Shown here one piece after another: positions 39,905 to 49,427 of a DNA stretch of 64,000 nt (within the stretch, counting starts at the first letter, position 1; each line of letters begins with the position of its first letter). The notes below the pieces were generated by a model. The model was not told where the DNA came from and searched no databases. It worked only from the letters and a program-made list of their open reading frames with translations. The position numbers were made by a program, and so were the translations under genes. The stretch is from Alkalispirochaeta sp. (GTDB lineage Bacteria > Spirochaetota > Spirochaetia > DSM-27196 > Alkalispirochaetaceae). The stretch is taken from positions 73,578-137,577 of the forward strand of contig CBDESZ010000007.1 of the NCBI GenBank assembly GCA_965242725.1. The letters are read 5' to 3'.

Positions 39905-41194
39905 TCAGGATGCCGGTTCTTTGCGGCGGACCCGTATTTTGCGAAGCATGTGAAAGGCCAGGGAACTTGTCCTCGGGTAGAGCCGGAACGGAATCGCCCG
40001 CTTCGGCAGGGCCCGGGAAAAGCGCATACGGAAGAGAACGACGGCGACAAGCACGGACTGCACCAGAGTCATTGAGAAAAAGAGGCCGGTGGGGCCAAAC
40101 CACCGCATGAACTGGCTCCCCAACAGTGGCCCGACGACACTCCCTATTCCATAGTAAATAACGATTGCCCCCGCGGCACGGACCATTTCGTGTGGTTCAA
40201 ACTGATCGTTGGCGAGCGCCACCGAAAGGGAATAGAGGGGCATCCCGAATCCTCCGTAGAGAAAGACGAGCACGTAGAGCATGGTACCGTCGGGTCGGAA
40301 GAGCGTGATGAGTGCCGCCGCGACGGCGGAACTCCCGGCGCTCCAGAGGATGGCAAGGCGGCGACTCTTCTTGTCGGAGAGCCAGCCCACGGGCCACTGA
40401 AGCACGATGGTCCCCACCGACAAGAGAAGCATGAGAACTCCAATGGCCCCATCATCAAGACCGGTCTGCAACCCGTAGAGGGGCAACAGACTCCAGGTGG
40501 CACCGGTCATGATTCCCGCGACGATGACCCCCGTTCCGGCGAGGGGAGACTTGAAGAAGGTCCGTACCAGCCGTGGCGGCTCCCGGTCTACGGCGGGCTC
40601 TCCGGTCACCCGCATGACGGCAACCGGTATCAGGCAGAACGAAATGAGGACCGTCGTTGCGCCGAAGATCTCGTAGCTCTCCGGCGGGAACAGCGCCAGG
40701 AGGGGCTGGCCCGCACCCATGGATACGAGGTAGACGACGCTGTACGCGGTGAGAAGGCGGCCCCGGTTATAGTTGGAGCTCGATGAGTTGAGCCAGCTTT
40801 CGGCGACGACAAACATGACAGACAGGGAGAGGCCCGTCAGCGCCCGAAAGATAAACCACGCAACGGGGTCTATCAGGAGTATATGGGATATGGCGGAAAC
40901 GGATCCGAGAGAGGCGGAGGCGGCAAAGGAACGGACATAGCCGACGTTCCGCACGAGGATCGGTGCTATCAGCGAGCCGACGATGAGCCCCGCGTAGTTG
41001 GCGGACATGATGAGCCCCACCGTGGAGTCCAGAAACCCTTCCACACCGGCGCGCAGCGAGACGGCGGAGCCCTGTACCCCCATTCCCGCTCCCATGAGGA
41101 ATACCGAAAGCAGGATTGCCACAACGGTCGTTTTTGTACCGTCCGGATCGGATGCGGGTGTCACGACAGGATTGTCGGTGAGAGTCGCTCCCAT
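39905..41194 (-). CDS. MFS transporter (YcaD-like)
   Basis: ~12 TM segments, ESWLN...RGR, QWPVGWLSD..RR, ALAND. Confidence 0.9.
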   Translation of the reverse strand: MGATLTDNPVVTPASDPDGTKTTVVAILLSVFLMGAGMGVQGSAVSLRAGVEGFLDSTVGLIMSANYAGLIVGSLIAPILVRNVGYVRSFAASASLGSVSAISHILLIDPVAWFIFRALTGLSLSVMFVVAESWLNSSSSNYNRGRLLTAYSVVYLVSMGAGQPLLALFPPESYEIFGATTVLISFCLIPVAVMRVTGEPAVDREPPRLVRTFFKSPLAGTGVIVAGIMTGATWSLLPLYGLQTGLDDGAIGVLMLLLSVGTIVLQWPVGWLSDKKSRRLAILWSAGSSAVAAALITLFRPDGTMLYVLVFLYGGFGMPLYSLSVALANDQFEPHEMVRAAGAIVIYYGIGSVVGPLLGSQFMRWFGPTGLFFSMTLVQSVLVAVVLFRMRFSRALPKRAIPFRLYPRTSSLAFHMLRKIRVRRKEPAS

Positions 41195-41321
41195 TCGTCA
41201 GAATGTAAAACAGAAAGCGCCGGAGTTCCACCCGATACACCGCGTGTCATCTCGTGCCCGCCGCTTGCACGGGCCGTCGTGGTTGCCTATAACTTGAATA
41301 TAGTGTGTGGAGGTAAAAAAG

Positions 41322-42002
41322 ATGAAATTGACCATCTTCATACTTGTATGTTTCCTGGTAAACGTAACGACCTGGTCCCAGCAACCCCGCTCGGTGGAAG
41401 AACTCTATCTCAGCTCCGCCGTTACGATCGAAACTCTATCTGTGCAAATGCTCTCCCGGGAGCGATCGGTCCAGTTTCTGGCGCTCAGCACCCTTGACCA
41501 CCAGATTGAGACCGGTTTCGTATCCCCCGACAGCGTTGAAGTCCTGAACGCCCTCAGACCCCTCGTTGAGCAGGGGGTGCTGATCGTTTCACGAAGTGCC
41601 GCCCCGGCGATCGAGACGTACGATCCCGGGGTTCGCCGTGAGGCGGTTCGCCTGGTAGGCAAGCTCGACGCCTCCCTTGCGCGACAGACCCTCGTTCAGA
41701 CCGTCCGGTATGACCCGGAACCGACGGTCAGGGCCGAGGCGCTCTTTGGACTTGCCCGCATGAGATCGGACCCGAATGGGGAGGTAACCGGATCGATTGC
41801 GCGAATGATCCTGCGGGAGCATGTTAAGCAGTTCGATGAGGGCGTCGTTCTTGCGGCGATTATCGCCATCGGCGAAATTGCCCAGGACGGGAACAATGTC
41901 ATCGATCCGGCGTGTCGGGAGATGCTGGTGTATGTCGCCTCGGATTACCGGTATCCCCGCAGGCTCAGGGAGCTCTCGCTGGGAGTTCTGTCGACGTTCT
42001 GA
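41322..42002 (+). CDS. Exported HEAT-repeat protein
   Basis: Signal peptide, SVEELYL, VRREAVRLVG, DPEPTVRAEALFGL. Confidence 0.8.
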   Translation: MKLTIFILVCFLVNVTTWSQQPRSVEELYLSSAVTIETLSVQMLSRERSVQFLALSTLDHQIETGFVSPDSVEVLNALRPLVEQGVLIVSRSAAPAIETYDPGVRREAVRLVGKLDASLARQTLVQTVRYDPEPTVRAEALFGLARMRSDPNGEVTGSIARMILREHVKQFDEGVVLAAIIAIGEIAQDGNNVIDPACREMLVYVASDYRYPRRLRELSLGVLSTF

Positions 42003-42136
42003 ACGTCCCGGAAGCGTACATATCCGCTGGAATATCCTGTTCTTTCCGCGTGTTGAACGAGCCGACCGGCCGTGCATCTTCGTATGCGCCGGCGGTATCG
42101 GATGACGTACGGGAATAAGGCAACTACAATGGTGAC

Positions 42137-42568
42137 ATGAAAAATACCCGCCGAACAGATACCGTCAACATTGAGGATTTGCAGGAGCGCAGAGACCAGA
42201 TCATCGCCGAGATCGACGAGTATAACAAGGAACGCGACCGCATTCGTACAATGCTCGGTAAGGTCGGCGGCCGGAGTTACTCAAAACGGGACATGATCGT
42301 CAACATCGTGTTCCTTTTGGCGATCGTTACGTTGTTTCTCGTTGAGATAACGACCAAATTTCTCCCGATTTTCATATCCATTGAAGTGAGTATTCTCTTG
42401 GTCTCAATAAAGATCGTGTGGATGATTCACAGCCAGCATCGATTCAACCACTTTCAGTTCTGGGTGCTCAATTCCATAGAGTTTCGGGTTAACGATATGC
42501 AAAATCGGGTCGCCCGATTGGAGAAGTCCCTTGCGGCTCACTCCAGGACGGCAACGGACAGCGTATAA
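42137..42568 (+). CDS. Hypothetical two-TM membrane protein with coiled coils
   Basis: Clean ORF, two hydrophobic segments, NHFQFWVLNSIEFR. Confidence 0.75.
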   Translation: MKNTRRTDTVNIEDLQERRDQIIAEIDEYNKERDRIRTMLGKVGGRSYSKRDMIVNIVFLLAIVTLFLVEITTKFLPIFISIEVSILLVSIKIVWMIHSQHRFNHFQFWVLNSIEFRVNDMQNRVARLEKSLAAHSRTATDSV

Positions 42569-42596
42569 ACGCAGCCGTCACCGCCGACGCTGTTAC

Positions 42597-43028
42597 TTAC
42601 CGACGCGCCCCGGACAGCGCTTCCTGGGCAAGAACAAAGTAGGGATTTATTGTTATCGAAACTCCGCTGATCGCATCCACCGCGCTGGAACTGCGGGTGA
42701 GTTGTCCGGGATCCTGGACTTTCACCAGATGCGCCGCCGCAAGATCGGCCTGAACATACCATGGAGATTGGGCGCCGCCGTTTTCAAACATGCCGTATTT
42801 CCCCTGTACCGAGGTGAGATACTTCGGCATGCCGCCGCCTTCCGCTAGTGCGTCAAAGTGTACGTCCACGATATAGCCGTTCTCGACGACAATACGGACG
42901 GATTCCTTCCAGCCGTGGCTGAACTCGTCACCCATGGCGGTGTACGTTCCATCCTTCCACATGCCCTGGGCAAAGACAGCACCGCCAAGGACCATAAAGA
43001 CGACCAGTAACAATAACATCTTTTTCAT
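42597..43028 (-). CDS. Exported FMN-binding domain protein (Tpp15/major membrane immunogen-like)
   Basis: AGGAGG RBS, signal peptide, KDGTY.A...GW, VDAISGVS flavinylation-like motif. Confidence 0.85.
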   Translation of the reverse strand: MKKMLLLLVVFMVLGGAVFAQGMWKDGTYTAMGDEFSHGWKESVRIVVENGYIVDVHFDALAEGGGMPKYLTSVQGKYGMFENGGAQSPWYVQADLAAAHLVKVQDPGQLTRSSSAVDAISGVSITINPYFVLAQEALSGARR

Positions 43029-43171
43029 CGGAAACCTCCTTGAGTCGTGAGACAGAATTGTCTTCGTTGAACCATTTTTATGTCTGCCGCGTCGAACGTC
43101 AAGGGATCGAAAAAATTCGCTCCATAAAATCCGCAATTAAGAGTTTGAACATACTGTGATAGAATCCGTCC

Positions 43172-45511
43172 ATGAACGAGGCGCATCAGGGAGAACCGCC
43201 GACGATCGGTGTCTTTGCGGTGGAACTGGACGACGCGTACCAGTCGGTGATATGGCGGGGAATAGAGTATGAAGCGAACCGCAGGGGTCTCGGCGTCATC
43301 TCCTTCCTCGGCTCCCGTTCGGATTATCCAATCGTATCCGAGGCGAGTCTCAACGTCGCCTACAATCTGGCGGAACGGAGAAATATCGACGGCCTTATTC
43401 TCATTTCCTCCGCCATCGCCACCCTCCATGACTCGGTCGATCTGGAAGTGCTCTTTGCACCGTGGAAGAATCTTCCCCGCGTCTCCGTTGGTATCCGCAT
43501 TCCCGGCATGTCCAGCATCACCGTCGAGGAAACGAGTGAGGTCTCCTTTATTATCCGCCATCTCGTGGAGGTGCATAAACGTCGCAGGTTTGCCCTCGTC
43601 ACCGGTCCATTGGGCCACTACGAGTCGATTGCCCGCCGTCGCGCCGTGGAATCGACGCTTCAGGAGTACGGCATGCCCCTGGACCCGCGTCTGGTGGTGT
43701 CCGGGTACTTTCGTCAGGCTTCGGGGGAGGATGCGGTGGAACGACTCCTCTCGCGGGATATAGACTTTGACGCCCTTATCTGCCTCAATGACCGCATGGC
43801 CCAGGGTGCGCTCAAGGCGCTGGCGGCCCGCGGTATCGATGTCCCCACCGATGTATCCCTCACCGGTTTTGACGGCTCCGAGTTTTCCCGATACGCCTCG
43901 CCGCCGCTGACGACGGTCATTCAGCCGCTCTATGAAATGGGCCTTTCCGCAGTGGAGACGCTGGACGGCGTCATAAACGGCGGAGAGGAGCAGCACGTCG
44001 TCCTTTCCTGCACAAAAGTCATACGAGAGTCATGCGGATGCACCCCCCATCTCAACCGCGTCGCGCCCTCACATACGCCCTCCTACGCATCACCCCAGGA
44101 GATAGACGCGATTGAGGAGCTGGTCACCTGTCTGGAGCGGGGAGATCACGAGCGCTTCATCACCCGTCTCAACGGCGCCCTTGATGCAACAGGCCGCGAG
44201 AGCGGTGCCCTCGACCGGTGGAATGAATACCTGTCGGTCATAGAGAATCGTCTCGCCTCCAGAGGAGACGGGGAACTGTCGGTCACGGCGCGGATACTCG
44301 TGGGAGATCGCATGGCGCGTTATCAGGCGGCACGGCGTATCACGACGGAAGAGACCTTTGCCAAGCTGCGGCTGATCAGCTCACTACTGGCGGGGGCATT
44401 TGAGCTGTCGTCGATGTTCACCAGGCTGGAAAAAGGACTTTCCCTCTTCGGTATTCAGAAGGGGTTTCTCGTGACCTTTGAACCGGGCACCGAAGGACGG
44501 CGGGCGCGTCTCCTCCTCGCAATGGACTCCCATCGGTATCCCCTGCCTCCGGAGGGAACGGCGTTTGAGACGGTGGACATCCTCCCGCCCGCTCTGGGTA
44601 CCGCCTGGCGGAGGTCCAACTGGGTGCTGACGCCGCTCGTCTTTGAAGAAGAACCGCTGGGCTATCTCCTCCTGCCGGGGGGATTTGAATCACCGCTTCT
44701 GTACGACATCCTGCAGGAACAGATCGCCAGCAATCTGAAGGGGACCCTTCTCCTTGAGCAGGTACGCACCCATGAACAGACGCTGAAGGATGAGGTGGCG
44801 GCCCGGACGCGTGATCTCCGTCGCATCAACGAGGAGCTCTCCCGTGAAGTGGAACGCAGGGCGGAACTGGAACAGGAGGTGATCGACGTATCCAACCGAA
44901 CGATGGAACGGATCGGTCAGGACCTCCACGACGATCTGTGTCAGCACCTTTCGGGTATTGCCCTCCTCACGTCCATGGTTCGGAACTCAGTTGCTGACGG
45001 CGAGGGCACCGACGTGGCCTCCCTTGACCACATTAACAACCTTCTTACCGACTCCATAGTGCGGGTCAAACAGATCGCCCGCGGCCTCGTTCCCACCGGC
45101 CTGGAAGCACGGGGACTGGCGTGGAAGGTTGAGTCCCTTGTCATGGAGTTTCGTCGCAGTTCACACAAGGAGATCGATTTTTCCGCAGCGGAAGACTTTG
45201 ATATACCCGTGACGGACACGGCGCTGCAACTGTATCGTATCGTTCAGGAAGCGCTGGCAAACGCCGTTCAGCACTCCGGCGCCGACCGAATCGCCATATC
45301 CCTTTATCGGGATACGTCGGGCCGGTGGATGGTCGCGGAAGTCCGGGACGACGGAACGGGCCTTCCCGATCAAATACCCTCCGGCGGTCTGGGCATGCGA
45401 ACGATGCGTTATCGCGCAGGTATCATTAAGGCGAAAATCAGTGTGGAGAACACTCATCCGGGCACCCGGGTCCGGTGTTACGTCCCGACAGGGAAGGGAG
45501 AGGAAGCGTGA
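43172..45511 (+). CDS. Soluble histidine kinase with N-terminal LacI-type sugar-binding domain (HisKA_3)
   Basis: CLND.MA.G, DVSLTGFD...PPLTTV.QP; GQDLHDDLCQ, QEALANA..HS, DDG.G; no TM segments. Confidence 0.9.
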   Translation: MNEAHQGEPPTIGVFAVELDDAYQSVIWRGIEYEANRRGLGVISFLGSRSDYPIVSEASLNVAYNLAERRNIDGLILISSAIATLHDSVDLEVLFAPWKNLPRVSVGIRIPGMSSITVEETSEVSFIIRHLVEVHKRRRFALVTGPLGHYESIARRRAVESTLQEYGMPLDPRLVVSGYFRQASGEDAVERLLSRDIDFDALICLNDRMAQGALKALAARGIDVPTDVSLTGFDGSEFSRYASPPLTTVIQPLYEMGLSAVETLDGVINGGEEQHVVLSCTKVIRESCGCTPHLNRVAPSHTPSYASPQEIDAIEELVTCLERGDHERFITRLNGALDATGRESGALDRWNEYLSVIENRLASRGDGELSVTARILVGDRMARYQAARRITTEETFAKLRLISSLLAGAFELSSMFTRLEKGLSLFGIQKGFLVTFEPGTEGRRARLLLAMDSHRYPLPPEGTAFETVDILPPALGTAWRRSNWVLTPLVFEEEPLGYLLLPGGFESPLLYDILQEQIASNLKGTLLLEQVRTHEQTLKDEVAARTRDLRRINEELSREVERRAELEQEVIDVSNRTMERIGQDLHDDLCQHLSGIALLTSMVRNSVADGEGTDVASLDHINNLLTDSIVRVKQIARGLVPTGLEARGLAWKVESLVMEFRRSSHKEIDFSAAEDFDIPVTDTALQLYRIVQEALANAVQHSGADRIAISLYRDTSGRWMVAEVRDDGTGLPDQIPSGGLGMRTMRYRAGIIKAKISVENTHPGTRVRCYVPTGKGEEA

Positions 45512-46164
45512 AGCGTGCCGTTACATTTCTGGTAGTGGATGATCACCCGATTTTTCGGCAAGGCCTGGCGGCACTGATCCGGAAGAACCCGCTCTACCAG
45601 GATTGCAGGGAGGCGGGAGACGTTGATGAGGCGCTCGCCGTTGCAGCCGAGGCGGAACCGGATATCGCGCTTATCGATATCTCACTGAACGGAAAGAGCG
45701 GATTTGACCTCGTCCAGACCTTTCAGACGACCTATCCCGGGATGCGGCAGCTTGTCATATCCATGTACGACGAGGCGGTCTACGCATCCAGCGCGCTGAA
45801 GGCGGGGGCCAGGGGCTACGTCATGAAGCACGAGGCGGCGTCGGTGGTGCTTGACGCCATACAGACGGTGATAGACGGCCGGATATACCTCTCCCCGGCG
45901 ATGCGGGAACGGTTCATCGACGCCATGTTCTCCCAGAGCGGGAAAACGGACCTCCTCCCGATAGAACAGCTCACCGTCAGGGAGGTGGAGATCCTCGTCA
46001 TGATCGGACAGGGATACGGTGCCTCGGAAATCGCCGAGATGCTTCACATTTCGGTCAAGACGGTAAACGTCCACCGGGAAAAACTGAAACAGAAACTTCA
46101 AATATCCGACGCCAACGAGCTGCGCCGATTCGCCATTAAATGGGTGCAAAGCAGAGAACGATAG
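45508..46164 (+). CDS. NarL/LuxR-family response regulator
   Basis: VVDDHP, IDISL, GARGYVMK, LTVREVEIL..SVKTV. Confidence 0.95.
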   Translation: MKRAVTFLVVDDHPIFRQGLAALIRKNPLYQDCREAGDVDEALAVAAEAEPDIALIDISLNGKSGFDLVQTFQTTYPGMRQLVISMYDEAVYASSALKAGARGYVMKHEAASVVLDAIQTVIDGRIYLSPAMRERFIDAMFSQSGKTDLLPIEQLTVREVEILVMIGQGYGASEIAEMLHISVKTVNVHREKLKQKLQISDANELRRFAIKWVQSRER

Positions 46165-46167
46165 ACA

Positions 46168-46184
46168 TAGGTGAAATGTCCTAT
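46168..46184. promoter_or_regulatory. Candidate response-regulator site upstream of the ABC operon
   Basis: TAGG-tgaaatgt-CCTA inverted repeat. Confidence 0.5.
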
Positions 46185-46263
46185 ATCACAACCCGCCGTT
46201 TGTCCTCTTTGCCGATGGGACAGGTCGTGGTGGAATGGTATCACAATAACGAGGAGGTGCTCT

Positions 46264-47547
46264 ATGAAGCATTTGGTACGTAATGTATGCGTCGCCTTTT
46301 TCATCGTGAGCGTCGTCGGCGGAGCTTTTGCCGCCGGCGCCCGGGAAGAGGCGGACGGGGAAACGACAATTCAGTTCTGGCATATCGATACGGCCCAGGA
46401 AGCCCAGCCGTACTGGCAGGAGCTGGCCGACGAGTTCATGGCACAGAATCCCGGTGTCACCATCGAGATTACCGTCCTTGAAAATGAGGCATTCAAGAGC
46501 CGTCTCACCGCAATGATGCAGGCCGGCGATCCCCCGGACATCTATCGCAGCTGGGGTGGCGGCGTCATGGTGGAGCACGCCGAAGCGGGCCTGGTGCGGG
46601 ATATCACCGAAGAGGTCCATGATACTCCCTTCGGCGATACCATCCCGGAAGGGGCCCTCGGTGTATACGCCTATCAGGGTCGCCAGTACGGCGTTCCCTA
46701 TGACATGGGAGCGGTAACCTTCTGGTACAACACGGAAATCCTCGCTGAAGCGGGATGGAGCGAATTCCCCGCGTCGTGGAGCGACCTGCTCCGTATGGTA
46801 CGGGACGTCCGCGATGCGGGATATATCCCCATGGCCCTCGCCGGTGCCGACAAATGGCCAGCCCACTTCTACTGGACCTATCTCGCCATGCGCATGGGCG
46901 GAAAAGCGGCGATCGACGGCGTCCTTGAAGGCACCGGAAGCTTCACCGACGACCCCTTTGTCGAAGCGGGCGAACTCCTTCTCCAACTCCGTGACGCCGG
47001 AGCCTTTCAGACGGGCTTTCTCGGGGCAACCCAGTCCGATCAGGCTGCTCTCGTCGGAAACGGAGAGGCCGCGATGGAACTCATGGGACAGTGGGCCCCC
47101 TACGTGCAGGCCGACGCGTCCCTGGACGGCGGCATCGGTGACGCCCTTGCGGTCGCACCCTTCCCCCTTGTTGAAGGCGGTCCGGGAGCGGGCACCGACG
47201 TTCTCGGCGGTGGAAACGGCTTTGAAATCGGTCGCGATGCCCCGGATATCACCATCGACTTCCTGAAGTTCATGATCAACAGGGAAAACAACACCGCCCT
47301 GGCACGGACGGGACGGGCCATACCCACCGTCATCGGTGCGGAAGCGGGAATTGAAGATCCCCTGATGCGCCAGGTGGCCGATGTCGTCTCCCAGGCGGAA
47401 TACTTCCAGCTCTATCTGGACCAGTTCTTTCCGCCCGCCGTCGGTGGAGTTATCAACGACTCGGTCCAGGCACTCCTTGCCGATCAAATGACTCCCGAGG
47501 AAGCGGCCCAGGCGATTCAGGACGCGTGGCTGAACAACCAGAACTGA
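46264..47547 (+). CDS. Sugar ABC substrate-binding protein (BxlE-like, xylo-oligosaccharide candidate)
   Basis: GAGGAGG RBS, signal AFAAGAREE, PPDIYRSWGGG, MELMGQW, QLYLDQ. Confidence 0.92.
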   Translation: MKHLVRNVCVAFFIVSVVGGAFAAGAREEADGETTIQFWHIDTAQEAQPYWQELADEFMAQNPGVTIEITVLENEAFKSRLTAMMQAGDPPDIYRSWGGGVMVEHAEAGLVRDITEEVHDTPFGDTIPEGALGVYAYQGRQYGVPYDMGAVTFWYNTEILAEAGWSEFPASWSDLLRMVRDVRDAGYIPMALAGADKWPAHFYWTYLAMRMGGKAAIDGVLEGTGSFTDDPFVEAGELLLQLRDAGAFQTGFLGATQSDQAALVGNGEAAMELMGQWAPYVQADASLDGGIGDALAVAPFPLVEGGPGAGTDVLGGGNGFEIGRDAPDITIDFLKFMINRENNTALARTGRAIPTVIGAEAGIEDPLMRQVADVVSQAEYFQLYLDQFFPPAVGGVINDSVQALLADQMTPEEAAQAIQDAWLNNQN

Positions 47548-47661
47548 TCATTTCTTTTCTATGCCGTTTCGGGCACACATTCCGCGCCCGGACCGGTCAC
47601 CTGTCCCGATCGCCGCGCCCCGGTGACGGTCGATCGGGACAGCCGTTACACGGAGGTCGAC

Positions 47662-48558
47662 GTGAAAGCAGGAATATTGACACTCCGCCGGCAAACCGTG
47701 GGTACGGTGATGATCCTCGTATTGCCGGCGTTCATTATTTACACCCTTTTCGTGGTCTATCCCGTTCTCCAAGCGATGGTATACAGCCTCTACCGGTGGA
47801 ACGGATTCGGTGCCCTCACCGATTTTCGCGGTCTGGAAAACTTTGCCCGTCTCTTTGAAAACGCCATATTTCACAAGGCGTTGCTGAACAGCTTCATTAT
47901 CATGATTTTCTCGCTGCTGGTGCAGCTGCCGCTGGCCATGGTGCTGGCGTTGATCGTCCACAAGAGCGATTTTCCTCTGGCGGTTCTCTTTCGCACCGTC
48001 TTCTTTCTGCCCTTTGTCATGTCCGAAATCGTGACGGGCGTGCTCTGGCAGTTCATTTACCATCCCCAGTACGGGCTGGTGAATTACATCATTCAACTCG
48101 TACGTCCCGGCGCCGATCCGGTGGCCTACCTGGCCAACCCCGATACGGTACTCGGCGCCATCCTGGTCGTTATCCTCTGGAAATACTTCGGTCTGCACAT
48201 GACCATCTATATAGCCGGACTCCAGGGCATTCCCGACGAGCTCTACGACGCGGCCCGCATAGACGGCGCCGGTGACGTTCAGGTCATACGTCGCATTGTC
48301 CTGCCCCTACTGAAGCCGACGATCATGATATCCGTCTTCTTCTCCATCATCGGTTCACTGCAGGTCTTTGACATCATCTGGGCGATGGGCCGGGGCGGAC
48401 CGGTGAATGCATCGGAAACGATGGTCACCTACATGTACAAGTTCGGTCTGGAACGGTACGCCATCGGGTACGGCAGCGCCGTTGCGGTGACCATATTCGT
48501 CATCTGTCTCTCCTTCAGCGTTATCTATCAGCGCTTTCTTGTGCGCGCGGCCACGTAG
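47662..48558 (+). CDS. Carbohydrate ABC permease (MalF-type)
   Basis: GGAGG before GTG 47662; ELYDAARIDGA. Confidence 0.93.
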   Translation: MKAGILTLRRQTVGTVMILVLPAFIIYTLFVVYPVLQAMVYSLYRWNGFGALTDFRGLENFARLFENAIFHKALLNSFIIMIFSLLVQLPLAMVLALIVHKSDFPLAVLFRTVFFLPFVMSEIVTGVLWQFIYHPQYGLVNYIIQLVRPGADPVAYLANPDTVLGAILVVILWKYFGLHMTIYIAGLQGIPDELYDAARIDGAGDVQVIRRIVLPLLKPTIMISVFFSIIGSLQVFDIIWAMGRGGPVNASETMVTYMYKFGLERYAIGYGSAVAVTIFVICLSFSVIYQRFLVRAAT

Positions 48559-48581
48559 GGCCGATTTCAGGAGCGAATTGT

Positions 48582-49427
48582 ATGGTTGTAGAAAAAAGAC
48601 ATAAACGACGGGTTCTCGTCTTCAAGTACGGGCTCTCACTTACCGTGGCGTTACTGGTACTGATTCCCCTCTACGTTGCCGTTCTGGGCGGCTTCAAGTC
48701 TATGGGCCAGCTCATGTCAAACCCCTTCGGTATCACCTTTCCCCTTCTTCCGGATCAGTACACCGACCTCCTCTCGGGACGGGTGGGATTCTTCTGGAGC
48801 GCCCTCTTCAACTCCGTGTGGGTCTCGGTCCTCACCGTCGGGGTGGGAATCGTAATATGTACCGCCGCGGCGTTTGCACTTTCGAGAATTCAGTTTTACC
48901 TCAACGGTCCTATACTGGGCTATTTCCTTCTGGGTCTTCTCTTTCCCATCGCCGTGGCGATGCTGCCTCTCTTCCTTCAGATACGGGATCTGGGGCTGAT
49001 GAACACCTATTTCGGCGTCGCCCTTCCACAGGCGGCGTTCCAGATACCCATGCAGGTGCTGTTGATGTACGCCTTTTTCAAGGCGATCCCCCAGGATCTG
49101 GAAGATGCCTGCTCAATAGACGGCCACGGTCCCATCGGTTTTTTTGTCCATATGGTCATCCCCCTTTCCACGCCGATCCTCGCCACAACCGGCGTCATCA
49201 CCCTCGTTGCGAGCTGGAACAACTTCTTTCTGCCCCTCCTCGTCTTCAATGACCGTTCAAAGTATACCCTCCCGCTGGGAGTCATGGATTTTATGGGACA
49301 GCACATGACCAGATGGAATCTGGTACTGGGCTACGTCACGCTCTCCCTCATCCCGGCGGTGATTTTCTTCATTTTCGCCCAGAAATACATAGTCGCGGGC
49401 CTTACCGGCGGAGCGGTAAAAGGATGA
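48582..49427 (+). CDS. Carbohydrate ABC permease (MalG-type)
   Basis: DLEDACSIDG, SWNNFFLP. Confidence 0.93.
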   Translation: MVVEKRHKRRVLVFKYGLSLTVALLVLIPLYVAVLGGFKSMGQLMSNPFGITFPLLPDQYTDLLSGRVGFFWSALFNSVWVSVLTVGVGIVICTAAAFALSRIQFYLNGPILGYFLLGLLFPIAVAMLPLFLQIRDLGLMNTYFGVALPQAAFQIPMQVLLMYAFFKAIPQDLEDACSIDGHGPIGFFVHMVIPLSTPILATTGVITLVASWNNFFLPLLVFNDRSKYTLPLGVMDFMGQHMTRWNLVLGYVTLSLIPAVIFFIFAQKYIVAGLTGGAVKG